DNA from: Basidiobolus meristosporus CBS 931.73
Lineage: Eukaryota > Fungi > Basidiobolomycota
Direction of reading: 5' to 3'
Assembly: GCA_002104905.1 (NCBI GenBank)
Contig: MCFE01000042.1
Span: forward strand, 62,001 to 126,000
Length of the DNA: 64,000 nt
Position numbers and translations under genes: made by a program. This document shows positions 63,486 to 64,000 of the stretch, piece after piece (the first letter of the stretch is position 1; each line of letters begins with the position of its first letter). Below the pieces are notes generated by a model. That model saw only the letters and a list, made by a program, of their open reading frames with translations. It was not told the origin of the DNA and made no database searches.

Positions 63486-64000
63486 ATGTCCAACTACGGT
63501 TCCTCTTATAATTCCTACAGCTCTAGCTCTTACGGGGGCTCTGGATATTCCAACGGTGGCTCCTACTCCAAGCCGTCTTACGGTTCCTCCTATTCACGTC
63601 AATCTTCCTCTAACTATGATCGTGGAAGTGATCGCTCTTACGACGATGGAAGTCGTCGTGAACGCAAGAGCTATGACTCGAGAGACAGAGATGGCTATCG
63701 TGGAGGCTCATACGGCTCCAGCCGCGGCCAAGGCTACGATAGCCACTATGGAGGCGGTGGTTCGCGTATGTCCGACGCAGGACAAGGCCTTCGCAAGCCT
63801 GAATGGAATCTAGAGGAGCTTCCTAAATTCGAAAAGAACTTCTACGTTGAGCACCCTCAGGTCTCCGCTCGTTCCGACGAGGAGATCGAAGAGTTCCGTA
63901 AGAAGAATGAAATGAAGGTGTTCGGAAACGGGATTCCCAAGCCTGTCACCTCCTTCGAGGAAGCCAACTTCCCCACCTACGTGTTGAACGAGATTCAAAA
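63486..64000 (+). CDS. DBP2: DEAD-box RNA helicase Dbp2/p68, 5' part (runs off window)
   Basis: G/Y/S/R-rich N-terminus then GQGLRKPEWNLEELPKFEKNFYVEHPQV..PKPVTSFEEANFP. Confidence 0.93.
   Translation, partial: MSNYGSSYNSYSSSSYGGSGYSNGGSYSKPSYGSSYSRQSSSNYDRGSDRSYDDGSRRERKSYDSRDRDGYRGGSYGSSRGQGYDSHYGGGGSRMSDAGQGLRKPEWNLEELPKFEKNFYVEHPQVSARSDEEIEEFRKKNEMKVFGNGIPKPVTSFEEANFPTYVLNEIQ

Noticed and set aside
1-64000. tRNA, rRNA, telomeric repeats or prokaryotic/HGT genes
   Set aside because: No cloverleaf, rRNA or telomere signatures seen by eye; all island genes look like fungal genes, nearly all with spliceosomal introns. tRNAscan/Infernal not run.

Overview
Eukaryotic DNA from an intron-rich fungus. 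Introns are mostly ~50-100 nt GT..CTAAC..AG. An early-diverging lineage such as Entomophthoromycotina is my inference only. The window has three zones. (1) 1-9.3 kb is a CpG-normal gene island: SAS10/UTP3 3' end, SIP5, a small Cys/His-motif protein, RSM24-like mitoribosomal protein, a PCL-type cyclin and a PPPDE-thioredoxin-PUL protein. (2) ~9.45-45.3 kb is a strongly CpG-depleted nest of transposons: several decayed Ty1/copia copies, one near-intact copia, one intact Ty3/gypsy with identical LTRs plus a related solo LTR, a truncated sushi/PEG10-like gypsy, and two decayed CACTA/EnSpm-like copies. Buried in it are two apparently identical copies of a small gene for a secreted, Kex2-site protein made almost entirely of C-[C/Y/W]-D-[P/D] repeats; this is the most unusual feature. 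(3) 45.4-64 kb is a second gene island: ERG25, BCH/Sec14-RhoGAP, MCH-type MFS transporter, a type I membrane protein, GMPPA-like, GCP4, MED31, a tail-anchored protein and the DBP2 5' end. Exon boundaries and identities were read by eye; no database searches were run.
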